NCBI GenBank assembly: GCA_028287285.1
Contig: JAQBPY010000254.1
Coordinates: 1,507-65,506 of the forward strand
Length of the DNA stretch: 64,000 nucleotides
Direction: 5' to 3'
From: Gemmatimonadota bacterium
GTDB lineage: Bacteria; Gemmatimonadota; Gemmatimonadetes; Gemmatimonadales; Gemmatimonadaceae
Numbering within the stretch: the first letter of the stretch is position 1; the number at the start of each line of letters is the position of its first letter. Positions 1 to 9,963 of the stretch are shown one piece after another. Made by a program: the position numbers and the translations under genes. The notes below the pieces were generated by a model. The model searched no databases, was not told the DNA's origin, and saw nothing but the letters and a program-made list of their open reading frames with translations.

Positions 1-1874
1 GCACGGGCCAGCTCACGGCCGTGGGGCCTGGCTTTGCCACCATCAACGTGACGAGCAGTGAGTCCACCACGGGCTCGGTGACGGTTCAGGTGTGCCCGAA
101 TCTCGCGGTTGGCGAGGTGTATACCACGTCTGGACCAGGCGCGGGAAACGTCTGTGTCGGCGGCACCGCGTCCGATGCGGAGTACACGTACATGCCGCTG
201 AATACGTCCACTTCCGGTGCCAGCCTGAGGACCATTGGCACGGGTATTCAGGCCGTGACGGGACCACCTACTCCCGACCGTATTCCAACGAGCGTTGCGA
301 GCAACCTTGGTCCGCTTCCAGCATCCTCCGTTGTCAACGACTTTTCGATTGGCACATTTGCCGGTGCGGATGCCAAGCTCGCTGCGTTCCAGGCCAGACG
401 GGCATTCCGGCAGTCAATCCCCCGTGCCACCGCGCCGGAATCGTCAAATGAGGATGTGCATGGCCCGTCCGCGCTGAATGAGGTAAGCCCTACGGCAAGC
501 GGCGTCGCGCCAGCAGAGGGCGCAGATGAGCGGCTCACGTGGTATCCCACCGAGACGAGCGCCGGGCACGTCAATGTTTCTGCTGATGCGATGGTGTCGG
601 GAAGCCTCGCCCTCAGGATGATGTCGGTTCCCTCCGTTGGAGACGCCGTTTCCTACAACACGAACAGCGCGTGTTCCGGGTCTCCGTCCGTTAGAACAGG
701 GCTGGTGCGATCCGTTTCGCAGCACGCCATCATCGTGTCGGACACCATGAATCCGACTGGTGGATTCACCACGGCGCAATACGACTCCATGGCACTGGAG
801 TTTGATACCATCGCCTGGCCCGTGGACTCCGCGAACTTCACGGACCCAACGGACATCGATGTGAACGGGCATGTCATCATTTTCTTTACCCGAGCGTTGA
901 ATGAACTCTCACCTCCAGCGTCCTCGTCGGTGATTCCGGGCTTCTTTGCGAGCAAAGACGTTTTTGGATCTGATGACTGCAGCAACAGCAATGGGGCCCC
1001 AACGATGGGTACGGAAATATTGTACATGGCCGTGCCGGATCCCACGGGGTCCATCAACTCGAACGTGCGGACGGTGTCCTTTGTTCGAGGAAGCGCCATT
1101 GTCACTGCCGTCCACGAGTTCCAGCACCTGATCAATGGCTTCGCGCGCGCATATGTGACCGGCGCATCATTCTTCGAGACGGCATGGACGAACGAAGCGC
1201 TCTCCAGTGTCGCAGAAGAGCTGGCATTCTACCGCACCAGCGTGGGCCTGGCTCCGAAGCAGAACATCGTTGTGGGCAATATCAACACCGGGCCAGATGC
1301 GAGCAGGCGCGTTACGGCGTTCAATGCATTCGCGAATCCGAACTTCGGCAGGCTGCGGCCATGGCTGCAACGCCCGGACACCACGGGTATCACGAGCGGT
1401 ACATCCGCCAATACCTTGGCCCCGCGTGGTATCTCCTGGGCATTCCTGCGATATGCGTCGGACCGTGCCAACGTCGGCGACCCGACATTCTTCCGCAATA
1501 TGGTCAACAGCAATCTCGAGGGGATTCCCAACATCCAGCATGCCATTGGAGGAATGGATCCCTGGCAGTGGCTACGCGATTGTATCATCGCTCTCTACGC
1601 GGATGACGCGATCTCGGTTGCCACGCAATACAAAACGCAGAGCTGGGATTATCGCTCCATGTATGGCGCACTCAGTAGCGGCGGTTATGTGAACGTGCTC
1701 GTTCCCCGTGCCCTCACCAACAACGTCGCCCTCACACTTTTGTACAAGGGCGGTGGTGCGAGCTCGTTCGACCGCTTCGGCGTGCCGGCCACGAAATTCG
1801 CGAACATCAACTTGACCCAGTCATCAGCAGCACCACTGCCCACGGTGCTGTTGGCCATCATCAGAACCAAGTAG
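1..1874 (+). CDS. Secreted HExxH zinc metallopeptidase with Big_2-like Ig domain, paralog 1 (5' end outside window)
   Basis: Reading frame is open to nt 1. PGFATINVTSSESTTGSVTVQVCPNLAVGEVY aligns by eye with PGFATINITSTESTTGSVTIQVCPNLAVGEVY in the 12357..14960 paralog. HExxH site is VHEFQHLIN, with NEALSSVAEE downstream. Both paralogs end in RTK. Confidence 0.75.
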   Translation, partial: TGQLTAVGPGFATINVTSSESTTGSVTVQVCPNLAVGEVYTTSGPGAGNVCVGGTASDAEYTYMPLNTSTSGASLRTIGTGIQAVTGPPTPDRIPTSVASNLGPLPASSVVNDFSIGTFAGADAKLAAFQARRAFRQSIPRATAPESSNEDVHGPSALNEVSPTASGVAPAEGADERLTWYPTETSAGHVNVSADAMVSGSLALRMMSVPSVGDAVSYNTNSACSGSPSVRTGLVRSVSQHAIIVSDTMNPTGGFTTAQYDSMALEFDTIAWPVDSANFTDPTDIDVNGHVIIFFTRALNELSPPASSSVIPGFFASKDVFGSDDCSNSNGAPTMGTEILYMAVPDPTGSINSNVRTVSFVRGSAIVTAVHEFQHLINGFARAYVTGASFFETAWTNEALSSVAEELAFYRTSVGLAPKQNIVVGNINTGPDASRRVTAFNAFANPNFGRLRPWLQRPDTTGITSGTSANTLAPRGISWAFLRYASDRANVGDPTFFRNMVNSNLEGIPNIQHAIGGMDPWQWLRDCIIALYADDAISVATQYKTQSWDYRSMYGALSSGGYVNVLVPRALTNNVALTLLYKGGGASSFDRFGVPATKFANINLTQSSAAPLPTVLLAIIRTK

Positions 1875-1887
1875 CACGCTGTGACGG

Positions 1888-1913
1888 GCGCCGGTGGCCA
1901 GGGCCACCGGCGC
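1888..1913 (+). terminator. GC-rich hairpin after peptidase 1 (possible terminator or attenuator, no U-tract)
   Basis: gcgccggtggcc-ag-ggccaccggcgc has perfect 12-nt complementary arms, 14 nt after the stop codon. No T-run follows. Confidence 0.35.
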
Positions 1914-1952
1914 TGTCGCACGATTGCGGAGCACGGACAGTAGTTTTCCAAG

Positions 1953-3155
1953 GTGCCGAGCGCCCTCCGCGTCCTCTTCATTGCCAGCGCATATCCTCGT
2001 TTCGAGGGCGACGTCATCACCCCGTGGCTCGGGGCGACGATCGCGCATCTGCGCGGGGTAGGGGTGGACGTCGAAGTCCTTGCGCCGGCGTACCACGGCT
2101 CGCCGGATCACATCGTGGACGGCGTGCCGGTGCACCGGTTTCGCTACGCAACATCGGCCTGGGAGATGTTGTCGCATGACAATCCCATTCCGTGGCAGCT
2201 CTCGGAGCGGCCAATTCGACTGGGGCTGGTGCCGGGTTACGTGCTCGCCGCCGCTGCCGCTGCCACGCGGCTGGCCAGGAGCGAGCGGTTTGACGTGGTG
2301 CACGCGTTCTGGCCTGTCCCGCATGCCGTGCCGGGCTTGATTGCACGCCGGCTGACGGGAATCCCCCTCGTCTCCACGTTTTTCGGCGCCGAGCTGCACT
2401 GGCTGGCGCGCAAGCACGGGTGGGCTCGGTGGGCCGTTCGCGCAATCGTCAGCCAGTCGGACGCAGTGACGGCCATTTCCACGCACACGGCAAATCAGCT
2501 TCGCGTCGTTGCTCCCGCCGCTCAGCCGTTCGTGGTCCCCTTTGGTGCAGCCACATCACTTGCCGCAGCGGACGCGCATGTGCCGCATGAGGGAGAGCAG
2601 GCCTTTCTGTTCGTGGGCCGGCTCGTTGCCCGTAAAGGAGTGGATGTGCTGCTCGCCGCACTGTCGCAGCTGGACGACGCACGCCTCGTGATCGTGGGCG
2701 ATGGCGCGGAGCGACAGGCACTCGAGGAACAGACTCGCCACCTCGGCATCGCAGATCGGGTAAAGTTCACCGGGTACCTGCCGCGCACGGAGCTCGAGGC
2801 GTACCTGCAATCATGCCTCGCGCTGGTGCTTCCTGCCGTAACCAACGAGGTCGCCGGCACCGAAGGACTCGGTGTCGCGCTGATCGAGGCGCTGTCGTAC
2901 GGCAGGCCGGTCATTGCCAGCGACGTTGGCGGAATACCGGACGTGGTAATCCATGAGCGTACAGGGCTGCTCGTGCCCGAAGGCGACGCCATGGCGCTGG
3001 CGCGGGCAATGGAACGTCTCGAGCGGGACCATGCATTTGCGTGCGAGCTCGGTGAACGTGGCCGCGCACATGTACAGGACCGATTTTCGTGGTCCGCCAT
3101 TGTCGGCGCACTCCGTTCCATCTACGATACCGCGATCACTCGGCGGGCCACGTGA
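1953..3155 (+). CDS. Glycosyltransferase family 4 (GT-B, retaining type)
   Basis: 400-aa ORF with GTG start. C-terminal GT4 signature EGLGVALIEALSYGRPVIASDVGGIPDVVIHERTGLLVPEGD. Confidence 0.8.
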   Translation: MPSALRVLFIASAYPRFEGDVITPWLGATIAHLRGVGVDVEVLAPAYHGSPDHIVDGVPVHRFRYATSAWEMLSHDNPIPWQLSERPIRLGLVPGYVLAAAAAATRLARSERFDVVHAFWPVPHAVPGLIARRLTGIPLVSTFFGAELHWLARKHGWARWAVRAIVSQSDAVTAISTHTANQLRVVAPAAQPFVVPFGAATSLAAADAHVPHEGEQAFLFVGRLVARKGVDVLLAALSQLDDARLVIVGDGAERQALEEQTRHLGIADRVKFTGYLPRTELEAYLQSCLALVLPAVTNEVAGTEGLGVALIEALSYGRPVIASDVGGIPDVVIHERTGLLVPEGDAMALARAMERLERDHAFACELGERGRAHVQDRFSWSAIVGALRSIYDTAITRRAT

Positions 3156-4294
3156 GTGGTGCGCGCATCAATGTCCTGCACTGCTGCTACGATGATCCGG
3201 ACAATCCGTGGGTCGGGGGTGGAGGAGCGCGCCGGATCTTCGAGTTGTATCGTCATCTGCTCGATACCGTCGACGTCACCATCGCGACGGGCGCTTATCC
3301 TGGCGCGCGTGAAGGGCGATTCCATGGACTAGGCGTTCTTCGGCTCGGCAACGGACGCACCTACTTCGGAAGCCGGCTGACGTATGTAGCGGCGGCATCG
3401 CAGCTGCTTCGCACGGCGCACTATGATGTCGCCATCGTGGACCATTCGGCGTATGCGCCAGTGATGATTCCGTCGGGACGTCCCGTGGGCATGACGGTGC
3501 ACCACCTCACCGGCCCGGTGGCGCGGGAGCGTTGGGGCAGGCTTGGCGGCGCGGCACTCGCACGCGTGGAACGCGCGACGCTGCGCCGAGCGCGCGTGTT
3601 GAGCGCCACGTCGTCAGCCACCGAGCAGGCGTTGCGGGCCATCCTCGCCCCCGACGTCCGCATCGCTCGCGTTTCGTCAGGCGTGGCAGATGAATTCTTC
3701 GGGTTGGTCCGGCACGAGGCGGACTACGTGGCGTACGTGGGCCGGCTCGACGCGGTGCAAAAGGGGCTCGATGTACTGCTCGATGCATGGGCGCTGTTCT
3801 GCCGCTCCAACCTCACCACACACTTGTTCATTGCCGGACGCGGGCCGCATGAGCGCATACTGCGCGCGCAGGCGGAGCGGCTTGGACTCGACACTCGTGT
3901 CACTTTTCTTGGTGCATTGGCCAACGACGCGCGGAACACACTTCTAGCGGGTGCCGCGTGCCAGGTGATGCCCTCACGCTTTGAGGGATTCGGTATCGTG
4001 GCCGCCGAGGCACTCGCCGCCGGTGTGCCGCTCATCGTGTCCGATGATCCGTCGCTGCGCGAGATTGTTGGAGGTCCCGACGCGGGGGTCGTGGTGCCGC
4101 GCGGCGACGTTGATGCACTTGCAGGCGCGCTGCAGCGACTCTTGTTGGACGGGGCAGGGCGCATCCGGTTGTCGGCGCGGGGCAAGGCGCGCGCGGAGCA
4201 GTTTCGCTGGCGTGTCGTTGCCGACGCGCACATTGAATACCTTCACAGCATCATTGCCGCCGGCGGGCGGTCGGGGTACCAGAGTCGCGCATGA
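3152..4294 (+). CDS. Glycosyltransferase family 4
   Basis: EGFGIVAAEALAAGVPLIVSDDPSLREIVGG motif. Preferred start is GTG 3152 (GTGA overlap with the upstream stop). The ORF track extends to 3089, which would overlap the upstream gene by 67 nt. Confidence 0.75.
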   Translation: MSGARINVLHCCYDDPDNPWVGGGGARRIFELYRHLLDTVDVTIATGAYPGAREGRFHGLGVLRLGNGRTYFGSRLTYVAAASQLLRTAHYDVAIVDHSAYAPVMIPSGRPVGMTVHHLTGPVARERWGRLGGAALARVERATLRRARVLSATSSATEQALRAILAPDVRIARVSSGVADEFFGLVRHEADYVAYVGRLDAVQKGLDVLLDAWALFCRSNLTTHLFIAGRGPHERILRAQAERLGLDTRVTFLGALANDARNTLLAGAACQVMPSRFEGFGIVAAEALAAGVPLIVSDDPSLREIVGGPDAGVVVPRGDVDALAGALQRLLLDGAGRIRLSARGKARAEQFRWRVVADAHIEYLHSIIAAGGRSGYQSRA

Positions 4295-6741
4295 GCCTTC
4301 GTCAATTCCTGAGTGATCCTGCAGAGGAGCCGGCGCATCGCGCGATCACGCGCGGAGCGCTCGTGCTGTATGCGGCCGTCGCACTGGTGTTCTTCGCACC
4401 GGCATTCCTGCCGGGCCAGCAGATCGGTGGCACCGACTACCTCACCGGCGGCTACTACTTCCTGGAATTTGCAATGCGCCGGATAGGCGCGGGCGCGTTG
4501 CCAAAATGGGTGCCGTACATTTTTGGCGGCTTGCCCATGTACGCCAATCCGGGCGGGCTGTTCTATCCCGTGCGGCTGCTGATGTCGGCGCTGCTGCCGG
4601 TTGCGCGGGTGATGCCTGCCGTCTTCGTTGTCCAATTCGCACTTGCCGGTATCGGCACACATCTCCTGGTGCGCGCGCTGGGAGTGCGGCACTGGGTCGC
4701 GCTGATCGCGGGGGTCGCATTCGAGCTCACGGGTGTGAGCATCTCGTACGTGTATGCGGGGCACGACGGCCGCATCATCGTGGCAACGCTGTCGCCGTTC
4801 GTTTTCTATTTCGTGTTGAGCGCTGTACGCTCCGGCGAGTTGCGCTGGTTCGTGGGGCTCGCGGTCACTCTGGCGTTCGCGCTGCTCTCGGCGCAGATCC
4901 AGAGCACGTACTACCTGTTGATCGCGGGTGGGCTGTGGGCGGCGTTCCTGCTGGTGAAGTTTCGCCGGGACATGCGCGGCCTCCAGCTCGGATCGCGGAC
5001 GGCACTCGGTCTCGCCGCGGTGGCGCTCGCCTTTGGCGTGGCAGCGGTGAACCTTCTTCCGTTCTCGGGCTACATCAAGGATTCTCCCCGCGCCGAAAGC
5101 ACGAACAGGGACTACGCGTTCTCGACACAGTTCTCCATGCCGCCCGTGGAGACAATGGGCATGGCGGTGCCGGAGCAGGCGGGCATCCTCGGCAATTATC
5201 ACGGCGAGAACGAGTTCAAGCTCCACACCGAGTACGTGGGGGCGTTGGTGGTGCTGATGCTCCTTGTCGGTGTGATGCTGTCGCGGCGAGACAGCACGTG
5301 GCAGTTCATGGGTGGGCTCGCCGCTTTCATGCTGTCGATCAGCTACGGCTCGCACACGCCGCTTTACCGGCTGTACTACATCGCGCTGCCGGGCACGGCG
5401 AAGTTTCGCTCTCCGTCCATCGCACTCTACCTGGTATCGTTGTGCGTCGTCGTCATGGCGGCCCTGACCCTCGAGCGGCTCGCACGTCTGAGCGCCGACC
5501 GCGAGTCGAGTCCCGATGTGCGCAGGCTGGGCAAGGCCGCCAGACTCCTCACGGCTTCTGCCGAGGTTTCGCTGGTGGGGTTCCTGATCGCCGCGGGCAC
5601 CGCGGTTGACGGAAGCGATCGCGCGTTGGGATGGGCGCGCTTCTTCATCTTTGCGTGGGTAACGGCCGTCGTGCTGCGCCGGCTCGCGCGTGGAACGGTT
5701 ACGCTTCGCGCGGCGACGCTCATTCTCCTGGTAACCACCGCCAGCGATCTGCTGTTGATCGATCGGCACTTCATCACCACCGAAGGTGCGCCCGATACCG
5801 TGTTCGCCGAAGATGACGTGGTGCACTACCTGAAGGGCCACACGCCGGGCCGCGTGTGGGTATTTCCCTTTCCCGAGGATGCGAAGGCGGCGCACTACAT
5901 CGCCAACGGCCGGTTTGGTCCACGCTCGGACTACCTGATGCACTTCGGCATCGCGCAGGCAGGCGGTGAGCACGGAAACCAGCTCTACCGGTGGAACCAG
6001 CTCGTGGGCATCGCGAAGAACGGCAATGTGCTCGACTGGCACAATTTCGTGGAGTATCCGGCCATCATGGAGGCCGCGAGCATCCGGTACATCCTGAGTG
6101 GCGTACAGCTGCAGCTCTACGACATGAAGACAAAACAGGGCATGCCGGGCATCAAGGAGGTGCACAACGGCTCCGCGTTCATCTACGTGAACAACCGCGC
6201 GCTGGGACGTGCGCAGCTCGTGCCCACGGTGCGCGTGGTCAAGGATGGCGGCGCACTGGCCGTCATGCGCACGAATGACTGGGATCCGCGCATGGTGGCC
6301 GTCGTCGAGGCGCCGGCCGCCCCGTTCACGAGTCCGGAGCTGCCGCCCGTGGGCCCGACGGGGCCCGACGGTTTGCCCACGAGCGCCCTGGCGATACCAG
6401 GATCCACCCAGATCGACGTTGACGACCCGGATCATGTCGAGGTGTCCGTGCGCGCCACGGCGCCCGCCATGCTTGTCCTCAACGACAACGACGCAGATGG
6501 ATGGATCGCCACGATCGATGGGCGTGAGACGCCCATTCTCCGTACGAACCATGCGTTCCGCGGCGTGGCGGTAACGGCGGGTGCGCACAAGGTGGTCTTC
6601 AGCTTCAGGCCACGACTTTTCTACACCGGGTTGTGGATCTCCCTCGCCGCCGTGCTCGTGCTGGGTGCGGGAGTGGTGGTGGCACTCCTCCAACTCGTGC
6701 GAACCTCGCGTTCGGCGCGGCTCCTGCCTGCTGCCGCCTGA
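4291..6741 (+). CDS. YfhO-like polytopic membrane protein (GT-C-type glycosyltransferase candidate), paralog 1
   Basis: 816 aa, ATGA overlap with the upstream GT4. Many N-terminal TM segments, a large C-terminal extracytoplasmic part and a final TM (LWISLAAVLVLGAGVVVALLQLV). Motifs GTDYLTGGYYFLEF and WVPYIFGGLPMYANPG. Paralog at 17864..20248. Confidence 0.6.
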   Translation: MSLRQFLSDPAEEPAHRAITRGALVLYAAVALVFFAPAFLPGQQIGGTDYLTGGYYFLEFAMRRIGAGALPKWVPYIFGGLPMYANPGGLFYPVRLLMSALLPVARVMPAVFVVQFALAGIGTHLLVRALGVRHWVALIAGVAFELTGVSISYVYAGHDGRIIVATLSPFVFYFVLSAVRSGELRWFVGLAVTLAFALLSAQIQSTYYLLIAGGLWAAFLLVKFRRDMRGLQLGSRTALGLAAVALAFGVAAVNLLPFSGYIKDSPRAESTNRDYAFSTQFSMPPVETMGMAVPEQAGILGNYHGENEFKLHTEYVGALVVLMLLVGVMLSRRDSTWQFMGGLAAFMLSISYGSHTPLYRLYYIALPGTAKFRSPSIALYLVSLCVVVMAALTLERLARLSADRESSPDVRRLGKAARLLTASAEVSLVGFLIAAGTAVDGSDRALGWARFFIFAWVTAVVLRRLARGTVTLRAATLILLVTTASDLLLIDRHFITTEGAPDTVFAEDDVVHYLKGHTPGRVWVFPFPEDAKAAHYIANGRFGPRSDYLMHFGIAQAGGEHGNQLYRWNQLVGIAKNGNVLDWHNFVEYPAIMEAASIRYILSGVQLQLYDMKTKQGMPGIKEVHNGSAFIYVNNRALGRAQLVPTVRVVKDGGALAVMRTNDWDPRMVAVVEAPAAPFTSPELPPVGPTGPDGLPTSALAIPGSTQIDVDDPDHVEVSVRATAPAMLVLNDNDADGWIATIDGRETPILRTNHAFRGVAVTAGAHKVVFSFRPRLFYTGLWISLAAVLVLGAGVVVALLQLVRTSRSARLLPAAA

Positions 6742-6742
6742 C

Positions 6743-7693
6743 ATGACGGACGGCGCGCCGGCTCAACCGCCACGGCAGCGCGCCGCGCCATTTCGCCTCG
6801 CCCGGCTGGCGGCCGTCATCGTGCTTGCGGCGGCGTCCATACTGTACATGGGAACCGCACTCGCTCGCGCGCGCGGCAGTCTGCACAGCATCGCATGGCT
6901 GGCGCACCCGGGCGAGCTTGCGGCAAGCATCGCCATTCAGGCTGTGTCGCTGACGCTGGGCTGCCGCATCTGGTTCGAGATCCTTCAGCGGATCGCGCCC
7001 TCGCCCGTGACGGCAGTGCAGCACTGGCGCATCTGGGCACTCACGAATCCAACACGCTACATCCCCGGCCGCATCTGGCACGTGGCGTCGCTCGCGGCGT
7101 TCATGCGGTCTGCCGGCGTGACACCCGTCGCGATGCTGACGTCGATCGTGGTGCACATGTGGCTCTACGTCCTTGCCGCGTGCGCCATGGGACTCGTGCT
7201 GCTTCCGGTCACGCCAGCATCCGTGGCGGGGGCGGTGGCAGTACTGTGTGGCGTGGCCGCTGGAACGCACCCGCGCCCCCTTCGGGCGATGCTCCACATT
7301 GCATCACGCCTGAGCGGGCAGCCCGCACTCGAGTGGCGCAGCGGCTGGCTCCCAACCCTTGCACTTGTTGCTGCCGACGTGGGCATCCATTCGCTGAATG
7401 GGCTGGGCGTTAGCACGCTGTTAGGGGCAACAATGGATCTTCCCGTGAGCAGCTGGCTGCACGTCGCGGGCGCAAACGCGATCGCCTTCCTCGCCGGATA
7501 CGCCAGCATGGTTCCCGCAGGGCTCGGCGTGCGTGAAGCGACGTTGACGGCTCTTCTGGAGGGAAATTCAATGGCCGGAGGAGCCGCCGCGGCCGCGCTG
7601 GTGGTGCGTGCGGCGGCAACCTTCGTCGAAGTGCTGCTGGCGCTCGTCGCCGGGGTGATGCCAAGAGCTCAGGGGCCTGTTACCGGCGCGTAA
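6743..7693 (+). CDS. UPF0104 / LPG-synthase-TM-like 'flippase-like' membrane protein
   Basis: ATG at 6743, 1 nt after the yfhO-like stop. Polytopic, with YIPGRIWHVASL and VPAGLGVREATL (P-x-G-x-G-x-x-E type motif). The ORF-track extension to 6581 overlaps the upstream gene. Confidence 0.6.
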   Translation: MTDGAPAQPPRQRAAPFRLARLAAVIVLAAASILYMGTALARARGSLHSIAWLAHPGELAASIAIQAVSLTLGCRIWFEILQRIAPSPVTAVQHWRIWALTNPTRYIPGRIWHVASLAAFMRSAGVTPVAMLTSIVVHMWLYVLAACAMGLVLLPVTPASVAGAVAVLCGVAAGTHPRPLRAMLHIASRLSGQPALEWRSGWLPTLALVAADVGIHSLNGLGVSTLLGATMDLPVSSWLHVAGANAIAFLAGYASMVPAGLGVREATLTALLEGNSMAGGAAAAALVVRAAATFVEVLLALVAGVMPRAQGPVTGA

Positions 7694-9963
7694 CCGAGAC
7701 CGGTGGGTGCCTCGAGCACGTTCTTCCGCTCCCGGACCACGGTGAGCAGATCGAGCGCCGCGCCGATGCGCTGTACCTGTGCGCGGACCACCTGCGCAGG
7801 CCTGGCGGAATCACCCTTTTGCGGCAGGACGAAGCCCATGCGTGGCGCCTGCAGGGCGTAGGTGGAGTCCAGTCCGTCCGAAACGCCGAGTCCCACGCGC
7901 ATGTACAGGTAAGGCGCGTTCACAGATGGTATGTCCACCCACCGGCCCTGCCGCTCGAGTCCGGCGGGCCCGCGGAACGACTGCCACAACGCCAGCGTGC
8001 GCGGCACGTCCACGTAGCCGATGCCGGTGTTCACGGCGCCCGGTTCAGCGGCAGGATCGGCGACGAGCTTGCGCGCGAGACCATGCGTGATGAGATGCCC
8101 GCCGAGATACTTGTCCATGGCCGGCGTGCCGGCACCGCTGCTGAAGTAGATGGGACGGTTCACCCCCGCGTCATGGATGATCCGCAGCATGACGACCACG
8201 TCACGCGTGAGCATCGTGGGCGGGATGTCCACCTGAAAGCCATTGAGCTGCGCTCGGCTCGCACCCGTCTGCATCTCCTGCGGAATGGCGTTGGCCTCGC
8301 TCCGCGTCAGCGCCAGCACAGGGGTGAGCGGCCGCGCGGGAAAATTCCTGTAGATCGCGGGCCCCCGCGCTGCGTCATAGGGCTCGGGGGTCTTCACGAT
8401 CAGCTCGCGCACGTACCAGTCCGTCGCGAGATAGGCGAGCAGCACGATGGTCACGTCGCGACGCACACCGAGCACCTGCTGTGCGTACCACAGGGGAAAG
8501 GAATCGTTGTCGCCGCCCGTGAACAGCACGCCGTTGGGCTCCACGCTATTGAGCGCGTCGACGGCAAAGTCCTCCGCAAAGGTCTCCTTGCGGCGAGATG
8601 CGGCGCTCCAGTTCACGATAAGTGGCACGAGTGCCACGCACATCACCGGGCCGGCGATGTGCCAGTGACGGGGGCGGGGCACAACGGCGGCGCGTCCATC
8701 GAGCCCTCCGCTACCCGCGACCAGCTCCGCGATGCGGCGCCACACGAACGCCAGTCCCAGGCCGATCCATACCGAGAGCGCGGAATAGCTCCACAGGTAG
8801 AAGTAGTCCCGGTCGCGCACCTCGTGCAGTCGCGGATCCTGCACGCCCATGGCCATGGCCTGCGAGTAGCCGAGCTTGAAGTTCAGGTAGTAGATGAGCC
8901 CCGCGGTGAGCGTGGCAATGAGGGTCGCAAACGGCACGAAGCTGCGCCGGTCTGCCTTCCAGTGCGTATACCCTCCGGCACCGGCAAGCAGGAGCACCGC
9001 CACAGCGATGGCGCTCTGCCAATCCGGAGACATGCCGGCGGGATCACGGAACCACTGCCACTTGAAGTACAACCACCACATCCGCACCTGGTTGGGCAGG
9101 CTCTGCTGGCGATCGAGCAGCGAAGGCTTTGCGTACTGGGTGCGGTTGTTCTCGTAGAGAAACCGGTCGAGCGTTTCCCTGCTCACCGTGCATCCCCAAT
9201 GCGGTGCGCCATCCTCGCATGCCGACGGATGCCCTTCGTTGATTTCCAGCCGGAATGCCGACCGAATGGGCAGCATCGCGTATGGCGTGAGGCCGAGCAC
9301 GAAGAGCGCCGCGCACAGGGCGAGCAACCGCGGCCGCCTGAGCGTGCGGGGCTTCGTGTAGAGCACGGCTGCAAGCAGCGCGGGGCCGGCAAGCAGGCCG
9401 GCAATGTGAATGGTATAGCCGATGCCCAAGCGATAACACAGGAGGCCGAGCCGCTTGTCTGCCGCAGGCCCGTCCGGATCGCTTTGCCAGAGCAGCGTGG
9501 TCCAGAGGTCCAGCGTGAGCAGAAAGAGCGAAACGGTATAGACCTTCTCGTTCACGACCGACTGGTTCCAGACGGTGAACGCACTGGCGCCCACGAGCGC
9601 CGTGGCCGCGCCGGCAACACGCGCGCGCGACGGTGAGAGCCAGTTGCGCGCGACATGTTCGGTAACGAGAAACCACAGGCCGGCCGACAGGGCGCTGGCA
9701 AGTGCCACCAGCACGTTCAGGCGTCCCGCGACAGTTCGGGCAATTGGCAGCAGGGCGACCACGCGCCCGAGCAGCACGAAACCGGGATTGCCGGGCGGAT
9801 GCGGAATTCCAAGACGTGCCGCAGCGGCCACGTATTCGCCCGCATCCCACAAGCCGATCGTCGGCGATAATGTGACCAGATACAGCAGCAACGCGGCGGC
9901 GGACACGGCGCCCGCGGTGCGATACGATGGCGCGGAGAGCGGGCTCGCCCTGGAGTCACTCAT
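7669..9963 (-). CDS. DUF2723 (TMEM260-like) GT-C family membrane protein, paralog 1
   Basis: 764 aa. N-terminal LSPTIGLWDAGEYVAAAARLGIPHPPGNPGF is typical of DUF2723. Multiple TMs and a large C-terminal soluble domain. ATGA overlap with the upstream GT4 at 9960-9963. Confidence 0.7.
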   Translation of the reverse strand: MSDSRASPLSAPSYRTAGAVSAAALLLYLVTLSPTIGLWDAGEYVAAAARLGIPHPPGNPGFVLLGRVVALLPIARTVAGRLNVLVALASALSAGLWFLVTEHVARNWLSPSRARVAGAATALVGASAFTVWNQSVVNEKVYTVSLFLLTLDLWTTLLWQSDPDGPAADKRLGLLCYRLGIGYTIHIAGLLAGPALLAAVLYTKPRTLRRPRLLALCAALFVLGLTPYAMLPIRSAFRLEINEGHPSACEDGAPHWGCTVSRETLDRFLYENNRTQYAKPSLLDRQQSLPNQVRMWWLYFKWQWFRDPAGMSPDWQSAIAVAVLLLAGAGGYTHWKADRRSFVPFATLIATLTAGLIYYLNFKLGYSQAMAMGVQDPRLHEVRDRDYFYLWSYSALSVWIGLGLAFVWRRIAELVAGSGGLDGRAAVVPRPRHWHIAGPVMCVALVPLIVNWSAASRRKETFAEDFAVDALNSVEPNGVLFTGGDNDSFPLWYAQQVLGVRRDVTIVLLAYLATDWYVRELIVKTPEPYDAARGPAIYRNFPARPLTPVLALTRSEANAIPQEMQTGASRAQLNGFQVDIPPTMLTRDVVVMLRIIHDAGVNRPIYFSSGAGTPAMDKYLGGHLITHGLARKLVADPAAEPGAVNTGIGYVDVPRTLALWQSFRGPAGLERQGRWVDIPSVNAPYLYMRVGLGVSDGLDSTYALQAPRMGFVLPQKGDSARPAQVVRAQVQRIGAALDLLTVVRERKNVLEAPTGLGYAPVTGP

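Noticed and set aside
4243-6744. 833-aa minus-strand ORF spanning the whole YfhO-like gene
   Set aside because: It is a mirror ORF typical of high-GC DNA. The product is extremely Arg/His/Gly-rich with no motifs, and the plus-strand frame encodes a coherent polytopic membrane protein with a paralog.
7819-9636. 605-aa plus-strand ORF antisense to DUF2723-1 (and the equivalent 20497..22296 ORF antisense to DUF2723-2)
   Set aside because: Both are shadow ORFs. Their composition is Arg/Gly/His-rich, and the opposite strand carries strong DUF2723 motifs conserved between the paralogs.
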